Source: Camelus ferus (taxonomy: Eukaryota). From it: a DNA stretch of 64,000 bases. Positions 11,961 through 25,909 of the stretch are shown here, in pieces. The DNA is taken from positions 6,512,001 to 6,576,000 of the forward strand of contig NC_045697.1 in assembly GCF_009834535.1 (NCBI RefSeq), read 5' to 3'. Every line of letters starts with the position of its first letter. Position 1 is the first letter of the stretch. The notes below the pieces were generated by a model, which saw only the letters and a program-made list of their open reading frames with translations, did no database searches and was not told the DNA's origin. Made by a program: the position numbers and the translations under genes.

Positions 11961-12999
11961 CGGCCCCGAGAAAGACCCAGGGCACTGCAGCATGGAGCAG
12001 AGGGGCAGAGGGGCCTTGGAGGCCCCTGGAGATGGCTCAGCTCCTCGCTGCCTGGGACGAACTGTAGGCATTGGCCTCTGTCTCTTCACCTTCAGTGAGG
12101 ACAGCAGTGCCGGCATCCCTCACAGGCTTCGTCAAAAACTAGGAATTATAACTAAAGCTGATCAGGCTTGGTGTTTTAAGGAAGAGGAATGAGGAGGGTC
12201 TCACCTTCCCAAAATATACCAGCAACTGAGAGCCAAGGCAATTAAGTGTTTGCTTGGGAAGCCTCCTAATGGTTCACCCGTCCCAGGAACCGGAAGAGGG
12301 TTCTGGCCAAGCAGGAGTGAGGAGACCCTAACATCTTTCCAGGTTGGGAGAGGGGATGCACACACCTAGAAAAGACCTCAACCAAAGCTTTAGGGTTTCA
12401 GCCAAGCGCAGGGCGTTTGCACATGTACGTGTGAGGCGCTCCCCGCCCCCACCCCCAGGGAACGTCTTCCCAGAGGTACAGCACAGGGTGTAAGGCCGCA
12501 GGGTGTGAGAGGACAGTGGTCCCCCCCATGGCTGCTCACTTGGGGGTCCTTTATAGATAGACAGTCACAGTCTCTCTCAAGATTTAAGGAATTAGAACCT
12601 CCGTGAGGGATGTCCAATAACCTATTGTTTTTAAACCTTTAAGAATATTTCATACAAATTTTGAAAATTAAAAAAAAAAGCCCTGCCTGGTGCTCCTGAT
12701 GCTGCCAGCCAGCCCTGGTCCAGGCATGGTGTTTGAGGACCTCCGAGAGCTGCGGGAGCCAGAAATAACCAAGGATGGACAGTATTTAAGGGGTGGACCA
12801 GAGAACAGCCTCACTGGGGTCCCACTCTGGGCATCACGTTATTTTCTGAGAAAATTCTTCACCATGTGGACGCTGACTCAACACTGTACAGCTGAGTGGA
12901 ACTGGGTCTCCTGTCTGTCATTTTGCACCTGAGATGCTGATGTGTCTTGAACAAGGCTGTCTTGATGGATGACAACTGATTGTGACACCCGTTTGTCCC

Positions 13000-13190
13000 C
13001 TTTAGGACTCTGTCACCATCCTGTGAGATAAGCTGAGGGACACTCTCATGACCTTTATTATATGGAGGAGAAAATGAAGATCCCAGATCCCCAAGGACGG
13101 GCCGATGGGCTCCCAGGTAGCACGTGGCTGAGCCGGGATTCCAACCTGCGTGTGCTCAGCCGTTTATGTCCCTGCTTTCCTCTCAAGGCT
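13000..13190 (-). mobile_element. MIR SINE fragment
   Basis: caccatcctgtgagat...ggaggagaaaatgaag...gagccgggattccaacc. Confidence 0.55.
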
Positions 13191-13394
13191 GAGCCCTGTG
13201 CTATGCCTTGTGGGTTCAGAGATAACGGAGACGTTCTCTCTCCAAATAGACTGTGAAGGCTAGGAAGGGAGGAGCCAATACAATTAACTCTAGCAACACA
13301 GCGGGGTGGGAAATTTCATCTTTCTTTCCTCTAATATAACTCATTCCTATGCTCCTTTCACACCATTTCATAGGCTGGGCTGAGTATCATTTCT

Positions 13395-13530
13395 TTTCAT
13401 TCATTCATTCATCCATTTATCTATTCATCCATCCATAAATTCATACACCTCTTCAGTAATTACACCAATAAATCATTGTTTATGGGGCACCTACCACAAG
13501 TCAGGCAGGCACTATTGTCCTATGCATGCT
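13395..13530 (-). mobile_element. L2 3' end
   Basis: (ttca)n tail followed by ttatggggcacctacc...caggcact. Confidence 0.6.
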
Positions 13531-13998
13531 GTAGTAGGCAGCCCCCTAATACAGGTCAGCAGAATTGAGGGTGGTTAACCCCCACGCACACTTATCTCCA
13601 TGCACATTCGCTGAATAAACGGATAAGGAAACGAACAAGGGCTGTAATGAAGGTATTCACAAAAAGTGTTGAGGAGAAACATAAAAGACGCTGCCCTCCC
13701 CCTTCTTCCATTTCACACCAGTCCTGCCAAATGCCAGGGCCACTTTAGGGAATCAGCGTTTCCCGGTCCGCTTTCACGTCCCATTGCAACGCAATGAAAG
13801 CCTTCCCTTCTGACCTCCTCGGTCCCTCCTGCTCCTCCTGGCGTCTAGTCAGCTCTGGGTCAACGTGATGAGGTCAGCTCCTGCAGAATTCTAAAGGATG
13901 TAAGTACCCTCTGTGACCCCTGCCCAGAGCATATTGATTGAAAAGCGTTTCCAAGGTGTCTAAGGTACACATCCTCTCTCAGAAAGGCCCAGCGCCAG

Positions 13999-14012
13999 CT
14001 GCCATCTGCAGG
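13999..14012 (-). promoter_or_regulatory. Candidate CTCF core motif
   Basis: Minus strand CCTGCAGATGGCAG, one tolerated mismatch to CCASYAGRKGGCRS. Confidence 0.4.
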
Positions 14013-14291
14013 AAGTCATTTAATTGTATTCTGCTCTAGGATGGGCAGCAGTGGATAGGGCAGAAGGCTGGAGACCAGAGACAGGAGGGGAAGGTGATAG
14101 GATAGATACTGCCTCTGCCTCAGATGCTCCGAGGAAGAGAAAGAAAATGAAATGGCTGGAGAGGACGGATCACAATTACAGGGAGCTAGACATTTTTCAG
14201 ATCATTGTGTTGTCGGAAAGTAAGTTGAGAAGACTTGGTGTATCTGTATTGATATGTGTACCTAACCTAGCTTTATAGATCTGTACAGCTA

Positions 14292-14373
14292 TGTCTGTCT
14301 GTCTGTCTATCTATCTATCTACCGTCTTTTTATCTATCTATCTACCTGTCTGTCTGTCTATCTATCTCTATCT
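14292..14373. repeat. (TCTG)n/(TCTA)n tetranucleotide repeat
   Basis: Directly visible. Confidence 0.9.
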
Positions 14374-14452
14374 GAAATAGTTAGGAACTTGGGGTAAGGC
14401 AAGTAAGTTTTCTTTCCTTTTTTTTTGACTTTTAATGAAATTCTTAACTTTC

Positions 14453-14562
14453 TTTTTTTTTAATTGAAGTATAGTCAGTTACAATGTATCCATTTCTGGT
14501 GTACAGCATAATATATATATTTTTGCATATATATATTTGTTTTCACATTCTTTTTCATTATA
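14453..14562 (-). mobile_element. Short L1 3' end
   Basis: poly-T then aattgaagtatagtcagttacaatgt...ttctggtgtacagcat, as in copies at 21.1, 59.4 and 62.2 kb. Confidence 0.85.
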
Positions 14563-14969
14563 TAACAATTTCAGTGATCTTTAATTCTATGTCTAGTAAT
14601 ATACTCCAGCCCCATCACCAAGTAAGAGGGCAAGAGAGGAGAGAAAGCGAAATGGAAAAGGGAAAAGGGAAACTATCGTGTCAGCCAATGAAACATTTTC
14701 TATCTCTCTTCATTCTCCAAGTCTCTTGGAGACACAGGAATTATTTCTACATTTTAGTGCAGCTCAAGTCACAAAAGGATTTTCCCAATTGTCCTTCTAT
14801 GTCACACAGCTAATGACAATGAAATAAAAATTCGTGTGTCTGCTTCTAAGGTCTTTTTGTTTGAACTCCTAGCCTCTTTTTATGAATCAAGGGCTTGATA
14901 TGCGTGGCACTTGATTCACAGACTAAGTTGTGATATTGAACAGTGGTTGATGGCTTGGGCAGCCCTTTG

Positions 14970-15290
14970 ATGGGGTGGCCACCAGGTGCCTACAATTAAA
15001 TGCCTCACAAGCATCTAAAAATTAAAATGTTCAAAATGTAAACTCCTGTCCTTCCGACCTCCATCTCTGCAGGCTCCCTCGGTTCCGCAAGTGGCCCCTT
15101 CTCTCACCAGTTGTGCATGGAAGAGTCCCAGAACCATCCTCGACCACCTGGTACCCCCAGACCGAGCCATCACCATTCTTGGAGATTTTTCCCTCCACAC
15201 CACCTCCTCTGTCCACGTCTATCTGACCTCCTCCACACCCACCATCATGCTTGCTGGGCTCCTGGTCCATGAAGTATGCCCATGACATCC
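14970..15290 (+). mobile_element. L2 LINE fragment
   Basis: gcatctaaaattaaaatgttcaaaatgtaaactcctgtccttcc is typical L2 ORF2 remnant. Confidence 0.55.
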
Positions 15291-17835
15291 TTAACCCTTA
15301 AAGGGTGGGGGACTTCTATTTTGTCCAGGCAATCTGCCTAGCATTTCATACGTGTCACAACATAACAACTTTCAGTTAGCATATCTGACCTCTGTGTGGC
15401 TGTTTGTGGAACCTTTGCTTCTTCCACCACATTGTGACGCCACGAGGGTGTGGAGTGGCTCTCTGTGTGCCGGGCATCCTGCCCTGGGCCCGGTCTAGCT
15501 CGGGGTCTGGCAGCCACTCTCCTCTTCTTCTGATTCATGCTGTTCTGCACACTGGCCACACTTTTCAAACAACAGATTCACTGTTTGTCTTCCAGAATAT
15601 TCCTACTATTGAAAGAGTCGTGGTACCTAAACCAGACGACACCACTCATTTTTATTCACTTTTCACATAAAAATTCTCCATCTTTGTTTCCACCTCTGTC
15701 AGTGCTCTCACTACTGTTGCATTTATTGCATATCATGAACTAAATAATTTAAAAATACCTCAAACATAGGTCCAGATAAGCAAACACAGGGAAGCATTTT
15801 AGATCTGGAGCTTCTTTTTGTTTATAGAATTAAAGCTGAGTTAGACGTTCTTAAGTTGAGGCATGGTCAGTATCTCGGGTTGAGAGCATCGTCATTTGTG
15901 CTGTCAACTAATCATGGTGACCGTTCGCATCGTCCTTGTTAGTGGGTTGTAGCTTTCTCAGAGGATCAGATGAGAGCTGGAGTTCACTCAGCACTCACGG
16001 GGTGCAGGTGTTATGCTAACAGTCCATCCACATTCTCTCCTTTAATTCTCCTTCCCTAGATGGGAAGTTCGACTGTGGTCCCAGTTTTCAGGTGAGGGAA
16101 GTGAGAGAAGCAGTTGGATGGAGATGTCATCCCTGATCCAGGAAGACCAGACTCTAGAACTAATGCCCTCTCCCCTTGGCCGGGGTGCCGGCCTGGGTGT
16201 CTGCAAGTTCTCCGAAGGCCAAGCATTCGGTCATCCTTCTCCTCTAAGCTTTTATAACTGTTTCACACTGTACTGAACAGTAGGAATGAAATTGGGCTGA
16301 AAGACATACATGCAGGAAGCAGACCTCATTGTAATCGGACCGGCAACATAAGAAGCGCTGGACATCGTTATGCTCCTTCACACGCAATATTTCAGTGACT
16401 TCCTGTGTTAGCCCTGTGAGCCTGGGTGAGAGGGGGCAGGTTAAACAGTGCTGGGCGCTCTGCCACATAAAGATGATGGCCATGGGCTGTGTTCACCTAG
16501 TCCCATAATAGTAAGGACAACCACTGAGGTTAGAATAAGGACTTCTATTTCACCCAGGGTGGTTCAGTTACCTTCTAAGATCACACAGGGAGGGCTCTGA
16601 GTCCAGACTGACGGTCTCACCACGAACCCTGCCCCGAATCCTTATGTGACATTCCCTCTCTTTGGCCAACATTAGCTTCTTGAAAGTTCCAGAGCTCAGA
16701 GAAGGGGGACAGAAGCCAGTGGGGATTTCAGGGAAAGATTTTGAGAAAAGAGGAGACACGGAAGAAAGACTAAGGAGGGAGAATGAATATTTATTTCAAA
16801 AAAGTGTCCCACAGGAAGCTCTGGGTATAAAAGGAGACACCTGGGCAGTCATTTTGGGAGGAATCGTACACGTTATCCCTGGGTCAGTAGGCAGGCGCAG
16901 GGCCCCCACTGCTCCCTTGCCGGCTTGCTCTGTGCACTCGGCCCTTTTGTAACCTGAGAATGAAGCTGAAGTTAATTAGTTCTATTTACGGCATTTGCCT
17001 GTCGTTTCCTCTGCAACTCAAGCTTCACGCTTTCTACCTTTCCACATTTGATCTAACAGAAGAGAAAATGACACCGCAGCCCCGATTCTGCCTGGTGGGC
17101 CTCTGCTGCTCTCCGAGAGGCGGTGCATTTTGAGCGCTAATTGCTTTCAGTGCGTTCAGTTGTCCTCCTGCTTCTCAGACGTGCCTCCCTGCTCCCAGCG
17201 TTCCCAGTCAAACTTGGGTTTTTTGAAATACCTGTCACTGCTCAGCCTTCTGAAGCTCTTCAGCTTCCTTCCTGTGCAGAGCTCGGGAGAGCAATTTGAC
17301 TTTTCCCTTCAGGTTCATTCAGATTAGTGAAAGTCATCAGAGACAAGGAAGGACCAGTGACTATAAGCACTGGCAGGAACTTGGGTAAAATGCACAGTTG
17401 GGCTGGGTATTCTTTGGGGAAGAATGAATTCCTTTTTGCAGCTTAAGTTGGGCTTGTTTGGGTTTTTATTCCCAACTTAAAAATGAAAAAAAAAATGAAA
17501 ATCTTATAGGCTAAATATCTTCTTCTAAGTCACATGGCTAGGAGGTGGCAGGGTTGGAACTCGAAGGAACACCTGTCTCCAAAGCCCGTGTTTTTTCATC
17601 TAGACGAGGCTAGATGACATCTGGCATCATGAGAGATGCTGCCAGACAGATGTCAAGGGTACACGGGACATCATCCCTGTCCACAAAGTGGGCAGGAGAG
17701 GTGTGCAAACCAGTAACTCCCACAATGCAACGGGCTCCACCCTCACAGTATGTGGCATGTGATCTGTGAGAACCCAGAGGTGGAAGGGAAGGGAGCAGTT
17801 CTGCTCCAGGACAGCTGGGGAGGCTTCTCAAGCAG

Positions 17836-18294
17836 TTATATGGGTTGAATCGTGTCCTCCAAAGAAATATGTTGACGTTTCAACCCCTGGTACCTGCAAA
17901 AGTGACCTTATTTGGAAAGAGGGACTTTGTAGATGTTAAGATGTGAGTTGAATTCATCCTGGAATAGAGTGGGCTCTTAATCCAATGTGACTTGTGTCCT
18001 TACAAGAACAGGAAAAAAAAAAAAGGCTCAGAGTCAGATACACAGAGAGAACACCATGCGAAGACGTGGACCCAGAGGGAAAGTGGTCACATCATGTGGA
18101 AGCAGAGACTGGAGTGAGGCAGGTCCCAGTTAAGGAATTGCTGACAACCACCAAGCCAGGAGAGAGGGCATCATCCTGCAGACAACCTTGATTTCACAAT
18201 TCTAATCTCCAGGACTGTTAGAGAATGAATTTCTGTTGCTTTAAGCTATCGAAACTTGTGTAATTTGTCATAGCAGCCCTAGGAAACTGATGCA
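17836..18294 (+). mobile_element. MLT1C-like MaLR solo LTR
   Basis: Starts ttatatgggttgaatcgtgtcc, ends gcagccctaggaaactgatgca; 5-bp TSD agcag at 17831-17835 and 18295-18299. Confidence 0.88.
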
Positions 18295-19678
18295 AGCAGA
18301 CATCACCCAAGTGGACCTTGGGGCCTGCGTGTTGTTGGGTGGGGTGGGGGGGACACCATGGCAGGAGGGGACAGCAGCGTGCCAAGGCATGAGGACAGCT
18401 GTCCTCTCATGACAGTTGGAGCTCGTAGGCCATGAGGTGGAAATGTTAGATTGGGACTGAATTCCAAAGGGAGGGGTTTATCAGGGAACCCAGGTGCTAG
18501 GCAGGGCCACACAACTAGTTCTGGACAATGGGGTGTGAGCAGAAAGGAAGTACGTCACCGCTGCCCAGCTCCCTCTCCCCCTGTCTCAGACACCTGCTCC
18601 AGGTGGTGCAGCTGCAAGATGTGAGGCTGAATCCCTGAATCACTGCCTGGAAGGGATCTGCTCTGGGGACTGCTGGCCTCACAACACACCTCATGGGAAC
18701 AAAATGATAAACCTTTATGTGGGAAGCAGCTGACCTTTCTGAGGCTTGTTTGCTACTATAAAAAACCAACAGATGTAAATTTCAGATGTTCTGGGGCAAA
18801 TCATCACTAGTACACATATGTCCTACCTCCCCAAAAGACCCTGGAACACACTGATCGTTCTTCATTTATTATCCCATCCACACTCCCTTAAACATATTCA
18901 GCACTCATCAAATTAACCAGAGATTTAAAGATGGAGTGACCTTAGGGCTGTCAGCTTAACTCCTTCATTCTACCTAAGCCCCCACTGCAAGCCAGAAGCA
19001 GGTGAAATCGGGGTCCTGGTCTCCTGAATTGGGCACTTGAGTGTGCCCTGTCATCCAACCCATTATCCAACCTGTGATTTACCCAATACATGTGTCTGTG
19101 AGATACGGATTGCACGAAGACATTCCCCTACCTTATCGACAGCTCTTGTGGGAATTTGTAACCACAGCAGGAAAACCTTTACTGACAAATGTGGCTTATC
19201 TGTAAGTTGACCGTGTGATAAGTTACATAAACCCAGATGCTTTTGAGAGTGAAAGCACTGTTCACAATTACTCTGGGAAACCACCGAGGACTTGGAATGT
19301 CTTGAGCAAACTGGGACACATGCTCACCCTGCTCAAGGATGGTTTGGGTGAAAAGCAGGTAATAAGATGAAGAGGATTTGCTCAAGATTGAGTAGCCCAG
19401 GAACTAGTGTGCATGACCTGTCTTTATTAATTGTAGATTCGGAGTTTTCAGTTGCTCAGTCTATAAATTAGGAAGAATGGTTAATTCTCATAACCACATT
19501 GTGAACATGTTTGTGAAAGTGATGTATTAATTTGAAAAACTTACCATGCTTTAATTTATTATTGTCATCCTTGCTGTTGACATAAGTGTGATGACTGCTG
19601 TTCCTTGGTGAGTTAAAGCTGGGATTTCTCACCTGTGCCGCTTTCTAGAATCACCTGGGATGACAGAGCAAATAAATG

Positions 19679-20033
19679 CAACCAGCCCTCTGCATCTGCA
19701 GCTTCTGCATCCGTGGATTCAGCCAACCATGGATTGAACATGTTTGGGGAACAAAAACTCCAGAATGTTCCATAAAGAAAAAAAAACCCTTGGATTTGCT
19801 GTGCACCAGCAATTATTTACACAGCGTTTACATTGTATTTACAGCTACTCACATAGCCTCTACATTCTATTAGTTATTATAAGTAATCCAGAGATTAAAT
19901 AAAGTATACATGAGGATATGTGCATATTATTGGCAAACAGGACACCATTTTATATAAGGGATGTGAGCATCCATGAATTTTGGTATCTGTGAGGGTCCTG
20001 GAACCAATCCCCCATGATACCAAAGGGTATCTG
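19679..20033 (-). mobile_element. MER2/Tigger3-type TcMar-Tigger MITE
   Basis: ttctgcatccgtggattcagccaacc...ccattttatataaggga...gtcctggaaccaatcccccatgatacc. Confidence 0.8.
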
Positions 20034-20059
20034 TGTAAGTTTGCTTGGACTGGTATTCC

Positions 20060-20236
20060 TCGGTACATCTGTGTCCATATTTCCCCTTTTTATAGGGATA
20101 CCAGCCATATTGGATTAAGATCCACTCTAATGACCCCATTTTACCTTAAATACCACTTTATCCCCAAATATGGTGACATTCTGAGGTGCTATGGGTTAGG
20201 ACTTCAACATACGAATTTGTCGGGTGTCAGGGACAC
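20060..20236 (-). mobile_element. MLT1 MaLR LTR fragment
   Basis: accagccatattggattaag...cacattctgaggt-like...gttaggacttcaacatacgaattt. Confidence 0.75.
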
Positions 20237-20784
20237 AGAAATGCCAGTGTATATCAAGGTCAAAAGCCAGTGTGTTGAAGGCATTCTAAGAATACACTTG
20301 ATCGGGTGAGTTGGAGACATTTCTGGCTAATGCAAAGCACAGTCTAACATCAAATTGTAAGCCCTTTCTTGTACTGCTGAGTGAGGCCGTGTGAAACTGA
20401 TTGAATGACTCAGAGCCTTTCACCCAGATAGCCCTCTCCTATTGGTGATGGGAAATTGTTTAGACAGAATGCCTTAGCACTGACACAACGAATAATACTT
20501 TGTCAGTTGCGTGGCTCGTTGTGCAAAACACTTTCTCTGCTCAGGCTGTGCCTGACTGGCCTCAGGGCTTGTGTGTGCCAGCTGGGCTGGGTGGGTGGGG
20601 GCTCCTTATAGCTCCTGAGCTTAGGAGCCTGCTGATGGCATGAGATGCCCACGTGAGATTTTAGCAGGATCTCCTTTGAGACTCAATTTCCTCATCAATA
20701 AAACAAGAAAAGACTTTCTGCATCACACAGCTCACAAAGTTGTCGTGGGGAACAAATGAGGCCATAGGTTTATGCATGATCATG

Positions 20785-20938
20785 GGGCTACTTAAAGTCA
20801 ATTAAGACATTTAGTTTCTCAGTGGCAGTAGTCACATTTGAAGTTTTCAATATCCACATGTAGCAAATGGCTACCATCTTGGGGAGTTCTGATTTAGAAC
20901 ATTTCCATCATTGCAGAAAGTTCTGGATGGTGTCACTG
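20785..20938. mobile_element. MER3-like hAT-Charlie MITE fragment
   Basis: agtcacatttgaagt...ccacatgtagcaaatggctacc...tagaacatttccatcattgcagaaagttct. Confidence 0.75.
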
Positions 20939-21094
20939 CAGGAGATTTACGTGTCTTTTCTCAGGGAGGACATCATTATCACTCCATGGGTGAGATATTC
21001 AAGGCTGCAGTGATGTTAAATTCTTCTGTCACATACAAAGTGCAATATTTTAGACCTCAATCCCAGAATTGCCCAATATTTAAAGCCTGGATTC

Positions 21095-21322
21095 GCTCTT
21101 TCTTTTTTTTTTTTTTCTAATTGAAGTACAGTCAGTTACAACGTGCCAATTTCTGGTGTACAGCACAATGTCCCAGTCATGCATATATATGCACACATTC
21201 ATTTTCATATTCTTTTTCATTAAAGGTTATTATAAGATATTGAATGTAGTTTCTTGTGCTACACAGAAAAAATTGTTTTTTAAAAATCTATTTTTATATA
21301 TAGTAGTTAATATTTGCAAATC
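21095..21322 (-). mobile_element. Short L1 3' end with TSD
   Basis: poly-T + L1 3' UTR; TSD agcctggattc at 21084-21094 and 21326-21336. Confidence 0.9.
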
Positions 21323-22879
21323 TAGAGCCTGGATTCTGTTTCACTACACCACACAACCTTCTATTTTCAGCTCAATGAATTCTTTTTCTTCAGTCATTAG
21401 AGTCAACAATGCTATAGTCTAAACTTGAAAGGCGATGAGTGAGCTTTTGGTTTCTGAAGCTTCTGCCAAGGAGGTTATCCAGGGCAATGCTGGAGCTGGA
21501 CTAAAATTTTTGGAAGAGGTCTTAAAGGTCTCTCTCTCTGCCTCCTCTCTGTCTCTCTCTCTCTCATTCTTTGCTCTCTCTGCAACATAGGCACACCCAC
21601 ATCCCTCATGTACCACAATTCTTCCTCTAATGCAAACTGCTGTGCAACTTTAAACAAGCTGCATAGACGTTCTTCACTTCCACCCCCTTAATAAAATAGG
21701 GATCCTATTGCTGGGGCATTAGCTCTTATCGGGGACTTCGGATGCGGACTACACAGAGCCGTGCAAGTCAGAGCTCCTACTATTGTTCTTCCTCTTCCAT
21801 CGTCATGCTTTTGCTTTCTCCCAAGCACTGCAGGCTTCTGCCTCCCGGCCCACGAACTGTCCTTGTAGCAGGAACTATAAACAGCAACGTGGAACCTACT
21901 TAGAGGCAGATGAAAGGCAGATGCTTGAAGCCAGCAGGAAGCGCTCGCCTGGGAGCCTGCGCCTCCAGCTTCAGAGGCAGACCTTTGTTACGGCTGGAAG
22001 TGGAGCCACAGCTCAGAGAGGCTCAAGGCAGCTGCCTCTGGAAGCTTGCCTGCACCCCCGCCTCTGAGCACTGCGGGGCTATTTTTCATTTGAAAAAAAA
22101 ATCACGACTTAGATTAGAATGTATGATTTTTGCCCTGAGAATCTTAAAGCTATAGGGGAATAAGACTGTGCTTTGAAGCCTGATTTAGACTTCTAAGGAG
22201 AGAGGAATTGGCCTCCTGAGGGACAGTGGTTGGGGGGAGCATGTGGCAGGGCTCATGAGTGGGTTGCACAGCCCCCGTGGAGTGGAGGGCTGGTGTGGGG
22301 GACCTGGCTAGTTGCAATGGCCTTACGAAGTTATGCTGGTTGGAGCAGAAGACTCAGGGGAGGCAGAAACAGACACATGGCTCCCATGGTCTGGGTCGTT
22401 GATTAAATCTGAATCTGCACCAAGAGCTCAGCGTGGCTTCGGCAGAAAGCAGGAGTTTACCGGGGGTGAAAGGTAAACTGCAGATACCATTCTCACCCCA
22501 CTGGACCCCCGCTGCACTTGGATAGAGTCCAAGCCACGCCAGGACTCTGCAGTGGACACTGTGGGGTGCTCCCCCAACCAGCCTGCAGGACTGAGGGACT
22601 TTTGCCCCCAGCTGCTGGCAGTAATGCTTGTGGACAACTGTCAGACTTCTTCGTTGGAATGAATGAGTACATGAATGAAGGAGTGAATGACAAGAGTGCA
22701 TCCTTCAAATACATCACCCATTAATTTGTTGCTCTCAGGAATATAACTATTTGACCACACTAATACGTGAAAAACATTTTTTAGAGTCAAATTTGGGGGA
22801 AAAAAGGCAATGTATAAATAAAAGTAAAAATAAATAAACAAGTCCGACACATACAGCCCTTTCCGTTCTCAGATTACCT

Positions 22880-23230
22880 GCCATGTGCATTCCGGCTTCA
22901 TGTTCAGTGCGTCCTGCCCTGTACCTGACACATGGCCCACAGTTGCTCTGTGATATGCAGAGGTGGCCAAGACATTGCACTTGCCTTCAGGGAGCTTCCG
23001 ATTGAGATGCAGAGGCAAAGTGAACAAAATGCAAAGTCAGGATGAACAGGTACAGAGAAGATATTCACTGAGGTCTGAAGGAATAAGGGAGACATTTTTG
23101 CCAGAGAGTCATTGGATTTACATCCTCAAGGTGGACCAGTTCGGGGAGGGGAGGTCATTCCAGGCAGAGGGAGCTACTTGGACAGAGGCAGGGAGGCAAG
23201 AATGAGGAAGGAGAAGATAGGCAACATGGA
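22880..23230 (-). mobile_element. L2 LINE fragment
   Basis: cttgccttcagggagctt...ggtcattccaggcagaggga. Confidence 0.55.
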
Positions 23231-23959
23231 TATTAGAAGGAAAAACCAGGTCATCTGACTTTGCTAATGTGAGTCCTGCTACTGCCACCAATGGGACTTG
23301 TAGGAGCCTGGGGTGAGTCATGGAATTTTTGAGCTTCAGTTTTCCCATCTATTTAATAGAAAGGAAAAAACTAAATAAAGCAAAAAATGCAACATAACTC
23401 ATGGGACTGTACTGTCATTTAATATTTTGAACGGCTCTGGGAAAGTCACCTAACTTTTAAAACTATCTGTTGTCTTAACTGTGAAATGGGAATACGTACA
23501 CGTGCCTTGACACTCTCATAGAGCTTCTGGGAAGATGAAGGAAAACAGTGGACACTGAGGGACATTTACAATGTGAAGTGCCTCAAAGTGTAAGCCACAC
23601 TTTAACAATTTAATTTTAGTATGTAGCTGGCAAATCCACATTGATGGGTAGCTGATAGATCTGCCGAGCACAATACAGGTTACGTGGCCCCACAAGGGAA
23701 GGCAGACTGATAGACACGATAGTTAAAACTGGGTGGTTTTACTCTAGGATGTAAATTTTCAGGATTTTGGCTGTTATGTGATCCTTGCCTCATGGTTTTC
23801 TTTGCTGATCATATTTCTAACTCATGTCGCCTGGAGAAGAATGGCTCTTCCTGGAAGGAGGTAAATGCCTCTTTATGTTTTCTCCTCCCTGGAATAGCTG
23901 CGGAGGGAGGAGCTCACATGACATCATGGGCATGAGATTCTATCTTTAGGTTCCCTTCA

Positions 23960-24110
23960 TCTTTCAGTCAATTGATCCAGCAATAACCCCAACAACAAAT
24001 GCTCATCAAAAGGCTCCTCTGTCTGTCCAGGGTCTGGGCTGCATACTGAGGATATAGCAGTGACCCAGAGAGAAGTCATCCTTGTCCTGATGGTGCCTGT
24101 CTTCCAGAAG
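23960..24110 (-). mobile_element. L2 3' end
   Basis: caacaaatgctcatc...ctgaggatatagcagtgacc...ccttgtcctgatgg. Confidence 0.6.
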
Positions 24111-25764
24111 CAAGAAAACAGCTTTTCACGGTTGCCCAATAATGACTTATTTCCTTTCTCTTACCTGTTGCTACCATCTCAGAATCTCCTGCTACCACCC
24201 AGATAGAGGCTGACGGAACAAAAGACAGCACACTAGGAAAAGATACACTTTCACGTGCAGGGATAGGCTAGTAGAGGACTGTCAGGGTGAAGGTGGGGGT
24301 GGCTACACCAGTGTCCCTGCAACCTCAGAATTCCTCCACTTTCTAACATGCCCCCAACGAGCTTTCAAAATTAGGTGGTCACATTCCACAGTAACTGCAA
24401 AACTGTAAACTCTCAGGGTGCCAAAGGAAGGTCCAGATGTCCCAGAGGAAAGTTCCACCTTGGTGTCTCTGAGCATCAACCATACCAGATGTCTTGCGGT
24501 TCCTCAGTTCTTTGATGCTCTTGTTTGTAACTGTGGTTCCCTAGATCATGGTGCATGGAAATACCCACTCCCTCTTTTTTTTTTTTTTTTCCTGTTGTCA
24601 ACGTCAGTGACAACCTCAAGCTCAACACAACTTTGAGGTTTGCATTTAATCCTGTGTTCACCTCCTTCCACGTCGATTCACACTACATTCCTATTTACTA
24701 AGTGGGGAGGGGACTTCTTTACAGTGCTGCGTTGTTCGTAAGTCAATACCTGTTCTGTTTCTGGAATGTTCCTTTTGTGCATTCAAAAACTTCAAAATTA
24801 AAAAAAGGGCTACATCCAGCAGGCCTGAAGCCGGGTTTATGTGCTGAGAAAACAGCCGTTTGAGTTGCTGCTTTGGCATTTTACAGTATGACAACCTGCT
24901 CACACCCACAGTCTGGACATTTAGAGAGGGGCCTGAGCTTCAGATTCCTGCCACAAGTTTCTGCTTTGCTGTGCCCAGGGCATCTTTTAAAATAACTGCT
25001 TAAAGCTGCGCCTGTGGAAAGTTCATGGTCTCCATCTGCCCCAACCACCTTGTAAGTACCAGGCACAGGCTCCCCTGCTTTCCATCTCCTGCTCTTTCCT
25101 GATCTGGGAAATAAGTCTAGTGACTCTCCTTGCTTTGTGTGAGTGTGTATTGACACTGCGCCGTCAATCAGGAGGCACTGGGGTTCTCACTTCCCCAGAG
25201 TGGAGCTTGGATGCTGAGGGAGCTCCCTGCATACCTTATGTGGGGGGCCTCTACCTCCTCATGTGGAAGGTCATCATCTACACATTCTTAGTCTAACACA
25301 CAGGCTTCAGGTTTCCCAATACAGGAAGAAGGGACTGGAGGAGGTCAACACGTTCTGCATGATATAGACGTGAATTTGGGCAACACAGGAACAAGAGGGT
25401 GGGAAGGAGACACAGCGGAGGGCAGAGGGAGGAGTCAGGGGGATGTTATGAGCTGAGCTATGTGAGGTGAAGCCGTGGGGAAAAGTGGCCCTGGGGAATG
25501 GACGTCTATCATGAGATTTACGTCAGGCGTGGTGTAGAGTATGACCTTTCTATTCCATCTTACTCCTAAATCTTCAGGCACCAGCTTTGCTTCATGCACC
25601 AGGCTTGTCTTGGTCGTTGCTTTGGTGAGAAGCGGGGACAAAAGAGCAGCTGGCAGTCTCAGGATGACAATGGCTCACATTTATTCTGTGGCCTCATTGT
25701 AACTTAATACAGTACTTTCCAGGTGACTGGCCTTCTTCTACCACATTCCATATGCTAACTCAGG

Positions 25765-25890
25765 CGAACCTCACAATCCAATGATAGGTGCTCTTAGTAT
25801 TTCCACTTTACAGATGAGGACACTGAGGCATAGCAAGGTTCCTCCCTGCTAGTAAGAGGCAGAGCCCAGCTTTGGGTCTACTCCCTGCAG
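25765..25890 (-). mobile_element. MIR SINE fragment
   Basis: ccactttacagatgaggacactgaggcatag...ctagtaagaggcagagcc. Confidence 0.75.
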
Positions 25891-25909
25891 CCTAGAATGC
25901 AGTCAAAGC

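Noticed and set aside
25435..25641. 68-aa minus-strand ORF and plus-strand peptide MDVYHEIYVRRGVEYDLS
   Set aside because: No recognisable homology or splice signals; early stop.
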